This document shows, one piece after another, positions 29,536 through 37,815 of a stretch of DNA of 50,010 nt. The notes beneath the pieces were generated by a model that was given only the letters and a program-made list of their open reading frames with translations, was not told the DNA's origin and searched no databases. Origin of the DNA: Patescibacteria group bacterium. Lineage in GTDB: Bacteria; Patescibacteriota; Minisyncoccia; Phycocordibacterales; DATDWN01. The stretch lies in assembly GCA_040389125.1 (NCBI GenBank), contig JAZKAN010000006.1, forward strand, positions 1 to 50,010, written 5' to 3'. Each line of letters begins with the position of its first letter. Position 1 is the stretch's first letter. Made by a program: the position numbers and the translations under genes.

Positions 29536-30450
29536 ATGAAAAAAAGCACTTTTGTTGTTTCGTTAGTATTCCTAATTTTAATCATTGGGGTTATCTGGCT
29601 TGCATACTATCCAAAAAAGGCAGTAGCTCCGACTCCACAAACTGGAGAAAGTATAAAAAATGCTACATATAGTATAGATGGTCGGTCTGTGACACTCGTA
29701 AATGGTATTTCGGAAATACCCGCTGCTCCTCAATCTGCAACCAAAATAACAACACGGTATTTTGGCAATGAAGTAACAGGTGATTTTAACGCAGATGGGA
29801 GAGTGGATACAGCATTTATTCTTACACAAAACACTGGTGGTAGTGGTACGTTTTATTATGTTGTAGTTGCTCTCAATACAAAAGATGGCTATATCGGCTC
29901 ACAGGCACTACTTCTCGGAGATCGAATCGCACCACAGACAACAGAGATCGGAAACAATACTATACTCGTTGTAAACTATGCCGACAGAAAGCCGGGTGAA
30001 AGTTTTGCAACACCGCCGTCTGTGGGAAAAAGCATCTGGCTCAAATTTGATTCTAACACAATGCAGTTTGGCGAAGTGGTACAAAATTTTGAAGGCGAAT
30101 CTGATCCAGCCAGGATGACACTTAACATGCAACCCTGGACCTGGATTCGTACGGTGTATAGTAACGATACTACTCTGGTTGCACGTGATCCAAGTAAATT
30201 TAAAATTACATTTGAAAAAAATAAAAAATTCTCGATCATGACCGATTGTAATACCGGAGGTGGCACGTATACAGTGAGTGGAAATAAAATTGTATTTACA
30301 GAAATGGTTTCAACACTAATGTATTGTGAGGGTTCGCAGGAGCAGGATTTTGTAAAAATGTTAAATCAAGTGCAGAGTTATCATTTTACGACAAAAGGGG
30401 AGCTCGTATTTGATCTCAAGGCAGATAGTGGCTCAATGATTTTCAGATAA
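29536..30450 (+). CDS. Membrane-anchored META-domain protein
   Basis: GGSGTFYY segment; C-terminal TDCN...STLMYC META signature. Confidence 0.8.
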   Translation: MKKSTFVVSLVFLILIIGVIWLAYYPKKAVAPTPQTGESIKNATYSIDGRSVTLVNGISEIPAAPQSATKITTRYFGNEVTGDFNADGRVDTAFILTQNTGGSGTFYYVVVALNTKDGYIGSQALLLGDRIAPQTTEIGNNTILVVNYADRKPGESFATPPSVGKSIWLKFDSNTMQFGEVVQNFEGESDPARMTLNMQPWTWIRTVYSNDTTLVARDPSKFKITFEKNKKFSIMTDCNTGGGTYTVSGNKIVFTEMVSTLMYCEGSQEQDFVKMLNQVQSYHFTTKGELVFDLKADSGSMIFR

Positions 30451-30526
30451 TTTGATACTCTTTGAAAGAGTCGGAATCTTTTTCTCACTGTTTCTTTTAT
30501 CCAAAATTCGTGTATACTGTATATAT

Positions 30527-30661
30527 ATGGCAAAAAGAGCAGCAACAAATACAAAAAACAATACAACACGTTCTCACAAAACAAAAAAACGTTTGGAGAT
30601 AAAACGCCTTCGTCTTCTTGCAAAGAAAAAGGGCAACAATTCTCGAAACAAAAAGAAGTAA
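30527..30661 (+). CDS. 44-aa very basic small protein
   Basis: MAKRAATNTKNNTTRSHKTKKRLEIKRLRLLAKKKGNNSRNKKK; TATACT 8 nt upstream; own terminator. Confidence 0.65.
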   Translation: MAKRAATNTKNNTTRSHKTKKRLEIKRLRLLAKKKGNNSRNKKK

Positions 30662-30680
30662 TCAAGTTATACACGCTAAT

Positions 30681-30714
30681 ACAATAAAACTGACAGAAAT
30701 GTCAGTTTTATTGT
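30681..30714 (+). terminator. Intrinsic terminator
   Basis: ACAATAAAACTGACA-GAAA-TGTCAGTTTTATTGT 15-bp stem. Confidence 0.8.
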
Positions 30715-30866
30715 TCAAATATTTTCACTCTCTCAGTTGTAATTTCATTTAGAATTTAAAAATATTCTGAAAGAAATGCCGATTTCTCGAAGAAATCCTG
30801 GACGAGATGTGATGTACGCTAGTTAATTACTGGATTGCATAATTAAATATTGGTATAATGTATTTT

Positions 30867-32192
30867 ATGCCACAGATAAAGCTATATCTCCAGCATATCT
30901 TTTCCTCATTTGTTTTTTTGTTTATTCTCATTGCGGGTATATTTTTCTCTAGAAATTATCTTCGGGGAGTGTTAAGTGACCCCCAAACATATTTTGGAAG
31001 TACGATGTCAGTTTTTGATATTTACTACTCAATAATTGCAATTAGTCTTATTGTTATTTCAGTTCTTCTCTCGTATATACTTTATTTATTACTTACAAAC
31101 AAAACACGATTTGAACTCGAGATTTGGAATGCAACGAAATCAATGGCGTTGTCCAAAGAGCAGTTTAGGAGAATCTACGATAGTGCACCGGTACCGTATA
31201 TCATAGTTGATAAGGATGCATTAATTACTGACTCCAATAAAGCTACATTGCGATTTTTCGGCGTTTTGCCGGAAAACATTATGGGTAAAAATATTTTTTC
31301 TTTTATTGCACCTGAAAGTGTGGAGGAAGGTCAAAAATTATACCAATATTACAAATCAAAAATCACATTCAATCGCAAAGAGGTTCAAATGATAACAAAA
31401 AGTGGCGCGATCAGAATTGTACAACTCTCAATTTTTGAAATGCGTGATCCAACTACTTCTCATCCATCTGGCCTTGTCATGATTTTTGATATTACAGATG
31501 AAAAAAATCTCGATAAACAAAAAACAGAGTTTGTATCCCTCGCATCTCATCAGCTCCGAACACCTCTTGCAACTACAAAATGGTACACAGAAATGCTCAT
31601 GTCAGGAGATTTAGGTGAACTTGATCCAAAACAAAAAGAGTACCTAGTCCGATTGCACATGGCAAATAAAGAAATGATTGAATTGGTCGATACGTTACTA
31701 AATGTTTCTCGAATCGAAATGGGGGCACTCGCTATAGACAAACAAATGGTAAATGTCGAGGAGATTGTTGAGAGTGTGCTCGCAGAGCTGTCAGTAGAAA
31801 TTCAAAATAGAGGATTGCATATTGAAAAACAATATAATGCAGACTTAAAAAATATAGATAGTGATCCAAAATTGTTGCGTATCGTTATCCAAAACTTGAT
31901 TTCAAATTCAGTCAAATATACGCCAAATGATGGATCGATAGTGATCGGATTCGAGAACACCGGTCTGGGGAGGCAAATTAGTATATCAGATAATGGATGT
32001 GGAATCCCGGCAGAACAGCAGGAGAGAATTTTCACAAAATTGTTTCGTGCAGATAATGTCCGTAAACTAGAGAGTAGTCAGGGAACTGGTTTAGGATTAT
32101 ACTTAGTTAAGTCCATAATTGAAGGGTTGGGGGGAACTATCACCTTTCAGTCAGAGGAAAATAAGGGTAGTGTGTTTACGATTACACTTTAA
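30867..32192 (+). CDS. PAS-domain sensor histidine kinase
   Basis: Two TM helices, PAS, H-box SHQLRTPL, NLISNSVKYT, DNGCG, GTGLGL. Confidence 0.93.
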   Translation: MPQIKLYLQHIFSSFVFLFILIAGIFFSRNYLRGVLSDPQTYFGSTMSVFDIYYSIIAISLIVISVLLSYILYLLLTNKTRFELEIWNATKSMALSKEQFRRIYDSAPVPYIIVDKDALITDSNKATLRFFGVLPENIMGKNIFSFIAPESVEEGQKLYQYYKSKITFNRKEVQMITKSGAIRIVQLSIFEMRDPTTSHPSGLVMIFDITDEKNLDKQKTEFVSLASHQLRTPLATTKWYTEMLMSGDLGELDPKQKEYLVRLHMANKEMIELVDTLLNVSRIEMGALAIDKQMVNVEEIVESVLAELSVEIQNRGLHIEKQYNADLKNIDSDPKLLRIVIQNLISNSVKYTPNDGSIVIGFENTGLGRQISISDNGCGIPAEQQERIFTKLFRADNVRKLESSQGTGLGLYLVKSIIEGLGGTITFQSEENKGSVFTITL

Positions 32193-32210
32193 TATTAAAT
32201 TTTAATATAT

Positions 32211-32603
32211 ATGATGGCTGAAATAACAGACAAAAAGAAAATACTCATTATTGATGATAACAAAGATCTAAACACTGTTTTGGCTGACAAACTGTCTGTT
32301 TCAGGTTTTGAAACTTCGAGTGCATTTGATGGTGAGGAGGGACTCGCTAAAGCTTTTGAAACTCACCCAGATGTAATACTGTTGGATATGCTTATGCCAA
32401 AAATGGATGGCCTAACTACTCTCAAAAAACTTCGAGATGATGCGTGGGGAAAGACATGTAAAGTCATGATTCTGACTCTCATAGAGGAAACTGATTATAT
32501 GGCGAAAACCATGGAATTCAATGTTATCGGATATATTGTAAAAACAAATCAATCACTAGATGAAATAGTTCGAGAGATTGAGATGACGATCAAGAATTCA
32601 TAA
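32211..32603 (+). CDS. Single-domain response regulator (REC)
   Basis: ILIIDD, LLDMLMPKMDG, YIVK. Confidence 0.92.
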   Translation: MMAEITDKKKILIIDDNKDLNTVLADKLSVSGFETSSAFDGEEGLAKAFETHPDVILLDMLMPKMDGLTTLKKLRDDAWGKTCKVMILTLIEETDYMAKTMEFNVIGYIVKTNQSLDEIVREIEMTIKNS

Positions 32604-32648
32604 CGCGGCATCTGTGTAATCGTTGGTCTAGATATAAAAAGCAGAACA

Positions 32649-33737
32649 ATGTCACTTCTAGAACCATTTCGCAAAATATATGGCCGTTTCGAGCGACCAA
32701 TTTCATCACTCTCTCTGATTGCAGGGTTTTTGTTTGATGCACTCACACTCAAACGAGTTGATACACTGTGGGAAAATAGCTGGGTACTCGCACATATAGT
32801 GATTGTTGGTGTGTTTATTATTCTCATTCATGCACACGAAGGCAAGGCAGGTGATGAGCAGAATCCAGATACACGACATTTTTGGTATGTGAATATTTTA
32901 CAGTTTTTCTTTGGGGGGATTTTATCAACATACATTGTCTTTTATTTCCGAAGTGCAGATTTGTTTGTGACATGGCCATTTATTTTACTTCTTGCCATTG
33001 CGTTTATTGCCAATGAATCTCTCAAAAGACACTATGTTCGTATGAGTTTTCAGATTAGTTTATTTTTCCTCTCCATCTATTCATTTGCAATTTTCCTAGT
33101 ACCAGTTTTGTTTCATAGGATTGGGGTGTGGATGTTTATTCTCTCTGGCATAATCAGCCTCATAACCATACTTCTTTTTCTTTTAATTTTATATCGGGTT
33201 ACAAAACAGAAATATCTAAAAAGTCGAAAAGTTGTTGCACTCACGATTCTAAGTATTTGTGTAGTAATAAACATCCTTTATTTTACAAATCTCATTCCTC
33301 CTATTCCACTGTCTCTCAAGGATGGTGGTATGTATCATGTAATAATTAAAAATCCTGATGGGGATTATAGTGTGTACAACGAAGACTTGGGATGGCGTAA
33401 ATATTTTCAATTGTTTCCTCGATACACAGAAGTAATAGGGGAACCAGTATATGCATATACTGCAATATTTTCTCCATCGCGACTGAACTTGACTATTGTT
33501 CATAAATGGCAGAAATTTGATGAGGTGAGTAGGCGATGGGCTACGGAAAGTAGTGTAGAGTTGCCTGTGATTGGTGGCCGAGATGGCGGATTTAGAACAT
33601 ATTCTGTACAATACGATTTACCCCCAGGTACCTGGAGGGTAAATGTGGAAACAGAACAGGGACAACTCATAGGTCGTATACGATTTACGATTGTACAGGG
33701 AGATACTAAACCAGAACTTATAGCCGAAATAAAATAA
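32649..33737 (+). CDS. Multi-TM membrane protein with C-terminal DUF2914 domain
   Basis: About 7 TM helices; GGRDGGFRTYS...PGTWRVNVET motif. Confidence 0.8.
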   Translation: MSLLEPFRKIYGRFERPISSLSLIAGFLFDALTLKRVDTLWENSWVLAHIVIVGVFIILIHAHEGKAGDEQNPDTRHFWYVNILQFFFGGILSTYIVFYFRSADLFVTWPFILLLAIAFIANESLKRHYVRMSFQISLFFLSIYSFAIFLVPVLFHRIGVWMFILSGIISLITILLFLLILYRVTKQKYLKSRKVVALTILSICVVINILYFTNLIPPIPLSLKDGGMYHVIIKNPDGDYSVYNEDLGWRKYFQLFPRYTEVIGEPVYAYTAIFSPSRLNLTIVHKWQKFDEVSRRWATESSVELPVIGGRDGGFRTYSVQYDLPPGTWRVNVETEQGQLIGRIRFTIVQGDTKPELIAEIK

Positions 33738-33738
33738 T

Positions 33739-35559
33739 ATGAAAAAACAGCAAACAGCAAAGGAATATCTGAATTTTCTTAATAAAAAATATTTTAAACT
33801 TCATAAATCATATGAGGATTTGTTTTGGATTTCCTACATGGGAGATAACACTGTAGATGCAAGGAAAGATAAGGCACTCGCAGATAGGGATGCATTCCGA
33901 GCCGATAGGAAACACTCTGAAAAAATCCAAGAATATTTGAAAACGGCAAATACTCAGCTAAAAGATAGACTACTTGTGTGGGTTCGATTTTTTGACCAGT
34001 ATCAAACTCCCATTGAAGCAATTCCGTTAAAACAAAAAATTGATGCACTTGAGTCTGATATTCATAAAAAAAGAGTAGGGAGAAAGGATGGATATGTGGA
34101 TCCGCTTACAAAACAATTTATCTTGGCCTCTCGGAATAAAATGGGCACAATGGTACGTACCAATCCGGACGAGAAAATTCGAAAAGCATGTTTCGATGCC
34201 CTCCAAGAAATCGCAACTACACTGGTTTCTGAGTATATTGAAGTAGTAAATCTTCGAAACGAATATGCACGAATACTTGGATATGAAGATTTCTATGCAT
34301 ATAAAGTTGAACGAGAAGATGGGATGTCTAAAAAGGAATTATTTACTATTTTTGATGCAATATACGAAAAAACTAAATATGCAAACAAAAATATTATTGA
34401 ATTAGAAAAGACAATGCTGGGTTTGCGAAAACCGTGGAACTTTGGGTATATGATGATTGGAGATTTTACCAAAGAAGAAGATCCATATTTTCAATTTGAT
34501 GATGCACTGTTGCGTTGGGGTAAATCATTTTCTGCACTCGGTATTGATTTTAAAGGTGGAAAACTTACACTCGACCTTTTGGATCGAAAAGGAAAATATG
34601 ATAATGGATTTTGTCACTGGCCAGATTTAGTCAAATACGAAAATGGAAAACGATATACTGGTAGCTCAAATTTTACCTGCAATGTGGTCATGGATCAGGT
34701 GGGTTCAGGAGAGCAAGGGTATAATACGTTATTTCACGAAGGTGGCCATGCCGCTCATCTTTTGAATTCTGAAGAAAAAGAAGTATGTGTAAATCATGAG
34801 TACGCACCTATGTCTACGGCATGGGCCGAAACACAAAGTATGTTTCTTGATACTGTATTTAGTAGTGTCGAATGGATATCGAGATATGCAAGAAATAAAG
34901 ATGGCGAAGTGTATCCATTTGAGCTCTATGAAAAAATACTGAGGAAAGTTTATCCACTTAAACCACTTGGATTAAATGGAATTATATCGGTCTGCGCTTT
35001 CGAAAGAGATATCTATGAGACAAAAGATTTGAATTATGAAAAGGTGCTTGAAATTGCAAAGAAAAATTTCAGAAAATATTCTGAGAGATCAGAGGATTCT
35101 TTGGGGTTACTCAATGTTCCACATATTTATTCATGGGAAAGTTCTGCCTCGTATCATGGATACGGTTTGGCAACCCTTGCACTTAGTCAATGGAGAGAAT
35201 ATTTCTTTAAAAAGTATGGATATATAGTTGATAATCCCAATATTGGTAAGGAAATGAAAAAAGTGTGGAAGTTTGCAGGGTCAAAAACATTTAGTGATTT
35301 TGTAAAATTGGCTACTGGTAAGAAATTATCACCCAATGCATATCTTGCGGGGGCCACAGCATCTCTGTCTATTATTCTGAAAAAATCAAAAGAGAGAATT
35401 GTACGGTTATCAAAAGTTAAGATTTCAAATAAAAAAATTGAGCTGAATGCGACTGTTCGTATGGTTCATGGTAAAAAAGAGATAGCAAATAATAAAAAAA
35501 GTTTTGAAGATATGACAGAAAAGTACGCGAAATGGCTGACTACTCAAAAAAATAAATAA
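33739..35559 (+). CDS. M3-family metallopeptidase
   Basis: TLFHEGGHAAH zincin motif, downstream AETQSM, RKGKYDNGF. Confidence 0.85.
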   Translation: MKKQQTAKEYLNFLNKKYFKLHKSYEDLFWISYMGDNTVDARKDKALADRDAFRADRKHSEKIQEYLKTANTQLKDRLLVWVRFFDQYQTPIEAIPLKQKIDALESDIHKKRVGRKDGYVDPLTKQFILASRNKMGTMVRTNPDEKIRKACFDALQEIATTLVSEYIEVVNLRNEYARILGYEDFYAYKVEREDGMSKKELFTIFDAIYEKTKYANKNIIELEKTMLGLRKPWNFGYMMIGDFTKEEDPYFQFDDALLRWGKSFSALGIDFKGGKLTLDLLDRKGKYDNGFCHWPDLVKYENGKRYTGSSNFTCNVVMDQVGSGEQGYNTLFHEGGHAAHLLNSEEKEVCVNHEYAPMSTAWAETQSMFLDTVFSSVEWISRYARNKDGEVYPFELYEKILRKVYPLKPLGLNGIISVCAFERDIYETKDLNYEKVLEIAKKNFRKYSERSEDSLGLLNVPHIYSWESSASYHGYGLATLALSQWREYFFKKYGYIVDNPNIGKEMKKVWKFAGSKTFSDFVKLATGKKLSPNAYLAGATASLSIILKKSKERIVRLSKVKISNKKIELNATVRMVHGKKEIANNKKSFEDMTEKYAKWLTTQKNK

Positions 35560-35579
35560 AATCAGGTATACTTATATAC

Positions 35580-36473
35580 ATGCAAACCACAAGAAAAGAA
35601 GATGTATTTTGGATTTTGCTTCTGATTTGCCTTGCAGGCTGGTATTTCCTTATATTTAAAACTGTCCCGTGCAAAAATCCTATTGAATATAAAATTGGTA
35701 CATTTGATAAGCGGTTTGGGATTAGTAAGGTGGATTTCATACGGTCACTAGAAACAGCTGAATCTGTGTGGGAGAAACCGATGAATAAAGATTTGTTTGA
35801 ATACAATCCTGACGCAACTCTCACTGTAAATCTCATCTACGATGATCGTCAGCAAACGACTCAGCAAAATGCACTGCTCAAGGCTGATATAAATAAAACA
35901 AATAACTTGGCACAGACGATCAAACAACAATACATCGAGCTTGAGCAGGAGTATGAATCACGCAAGGTGGATTACGAAAAATCCCTAGTTATATTTCAGA
36001 AAGATCAAACCGCATACACAACTCAGGTAGAATACTGGAACAACCAAGGTGGAGCTCCCAAAAAAGAATATGATGCACTCAATACACAAAAGGATACACT
36101 GACTCGTGAATATGCAGCACTCGAAAACAAGAGACAACAGATGAACTCACTAGTAAATCAAATAAATGCGTTCATTAACAAATACAACCTGCTGGTAAAA
36201 GACGCGAACTCAACTATTGAAACTATAAACGAGTCGGCGGGGGAGCAGTTTCAGGAAGGTGAATACGATCCAAATACAAATTCTATAAACATCTACGAGT
36301 TTAGTACAAACAAAAAACTAATTCGCGTCCTCGCACACGAACTCGGTCACGCAATCGGCCTCGACCACAACGCAAATCCCGACTCGATCATGTACTCACT
36401 CAACAGTGCGGATAACACAACCGCAAGTGTGGATGATCTCCAGTCTCTCAAAACTGTTTGTGGAGTGAGGTAA
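35580..36473 (+). CDS. Matrixin (M10-like) metalloprotease with coiled-coil insert
   Basis: HELGHAIGLDH and Met-turn SIMY; N-terminal TM helix. Confidence 0.88.
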   Translation: MQTTRKEDVFWILLLICLAGWYFLIFKTVPCKNPIEYKIGTFDKRFGISKVDFIRSLETAESVWEKPMNKDLFEYNPDATLTVNLIYDDRQQTTQQNALLKADINKTNNLAQTIKQQYIELEQEYESRKVDYEKSLVIFQKDQTAYTTQVEYWNNQGGAPKKEYDALNTQKDTLTREYAALENKRQQMNSLVNQINAFINKYNLLVKDANSTIETINESAGEQFQEGEYDPNTNSINIYEFSTNKKLIRVLAHELGHAIGLDHNANPDSIMYSLNSADNTTASVDDLQSLKTVCGVR

Positions 36474-36527
36474 TAAAGTAACAGCCCATGAACGCAAAGC
36501 GCCATGGGCTGGAAAAACTGGAACGAA

Positions 36528-37202
36528 TCAGACCGATACGGGGGTTTCTAGAAGTGCGAGAAGCTCCTCAATTTCGTGAATTTTCTCGTTGAGTGCATTT
36601 TGAGGAAAGGATTCCTGTCCCCACGCAGTATGGAACTTAATCTGCTTTGTGAAGCCAAGCTGACCTTGAAGCACTTCCAGCGGGGATTTATTCCACTCCT
36701 TTGCGAGGCCAAAAACTACTTGCTGTATCCATGCCACCGACAGTGATTGCGACATGTCAGCATCACGGATGATCTGATACGGGAGAATCAGTTCTTCTGA
36801 TGGAACTGCGTAGGGAAACTCTGTAGCTTTAATCATGTTGCGGATGTTGTGGAGTTCCCCCCGATCCTCAAAAAGAATATGTTTCTCGAGTCCACGAACA
36901 GCTCGTGCGATATTGATATCGTCATCGCCCATCATCCCGCTGTGGTCGAAGTCATGGAACATGGCGGCGATGAGTAAGTTCCGCATCTCCCATGACATAA
37001 GCAGATCACGATAGTACTCGCAGGCCTGGTAACACATGACCATCACATGGAACATGTGACGGAAATTGTGGTACGGATGTTGCAGATTCTGTGCACGGTT
37101 GAAGATGATTTGGAAGTACTCGACCAAGTCACCTCTGTAGAGACCACCATCATTTCGGATGATCCCAGGAAGAGAACCTCGAATTGGTACGACTGGTGTC
37201 AT
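36528..37202 (-). CDS. HD-domain phosphohydrolase, class I PDE-like
   Basis: YHNFRH, AAMFHDFDHSG, DAD; start at 37202 supported by AGGAG SD and TTGACA-17-TATTTT. Confidence 0.8.
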   Translation of the reverse strand: MTPVVPIRGSLPGIIRNDGGLYRGDLVEYFQIIFNRAQNLQHPYHNFRHMFHVMVMCYQACEYYRDLLMSWEMRNLLIAAMFHDFDHSGMMGDDDINIARAVRGLEKHILFEDRGELHNIRNMIKATEFPYAVPSEELILPYQIIRDADMSQSLSVAWIQQVVFGLAKEWNKSPLEVLQGQLGFTKQIKFHTAWGQESFPQNALNEKIHEIEELLALLETPVSV

Positions 37203-37280
37203 TGATATGCTCCTGTTTGAACATGTGTCTGCGAGTAAAATATCATGAGGATATGATGGTGTCAATGAGCAAGGACTGGA

Positions 37281-37440
37281 GCCTAACCCCTCCTACATTT
37301 CGGCAACATCCGCAAACGCCGAGCTCGGTGTTGTCAACGACTCGAGTAATCTCGAGCTCATTGACAACGAGGCGTTGAGGACCGAATGAGGCTTCCGCAG
37401 GAGAAGCCGAGTGTTTGCCGAAATGTAGGAGGGGTTAGGC
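37281..37440 (+). repeat. Family-2 element, copy E
   Basis: 26-bp perfect terminal IR; same junction sequences as 17210-17378 with re-written stems. Confidence 0.9.
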
Positions 37441-37471
37441 GATTAACGAAGATCCTGTCTGTCAAACCCAC

Positions 37472-37491
37472 TGTGAATAGGATGTGGATAA
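37472..37491 (-). promoter_or_regulatory. Tandem DnaA boxes
   Basis: TGTGGATAA 37483-37491 (reverse complement TTATCCACA) and 1-mismatch TGTGAATAG 37472-37480. Confidence 0.5.
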
Positions 37492-37517
37492 CTTGCTTGC
37501 AATTGGTCTAAAAGTGC

Positions 37518-37547
37518 TTGACAGGTTTGGGTCGCTTGGCGTATACT
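37518..37547 (+). promoter_or_regulatory. sigma70 promoter upstream of rpoB
   Basis: TTGACA-18 nt-TATACT. Confidence 0.75.
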
Positions 37548-37553
37548 TCAGCA

Positions 37554-37727
37554 TAACTTCACCGATTGAGTTTTGTCAGAAGCGAAGAGCACACAGGTAG
37601 TATGGGGGCTAACACTGAGGTCTGTTGCACGCTAGCGCACAGTCACTCCACACACTATTTTGCGAAACAATCGCTAACAGAGGAATAATTACGAGAACCC
37701 TACTTACCTAGGTGTCTTTTTGTTTTT
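37554..37727 (+). ncRNA. Candidate 6S-like RNA or structured rpoB leader
   Basis: Rod with closing stem, central ~15-nt bubble and apical stem, followed by a T-tract. Confidence 0.45.
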
Positions 37728-37815
37728 ACTCCTGTTTTTGTTTTGGTATTTATGAGTGAAATTACTAGAGTTGAGAGGAAATTTTATAAGGCTAATTTTT
37801 ATTAACACTATATAT

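Noticed and set aside
37260-37366. 11-bp inverted match (GCTCATTGACA) between the HD-gene -35 region and element E
   Set aside because: Six of the 11 bases are the -35 consensus, and there is no equivalent next to copy D
37281-37440. Integron attC site (ends GCCTAAC...GTTAGGC match RYYYAAC/GTTRRRY)
   Set aside because: The stem is a perfect 26-bp IR with no unpaired central spacer or extrahelical bases, sister copy D lacks these ends, and there is no integrase or cassette array
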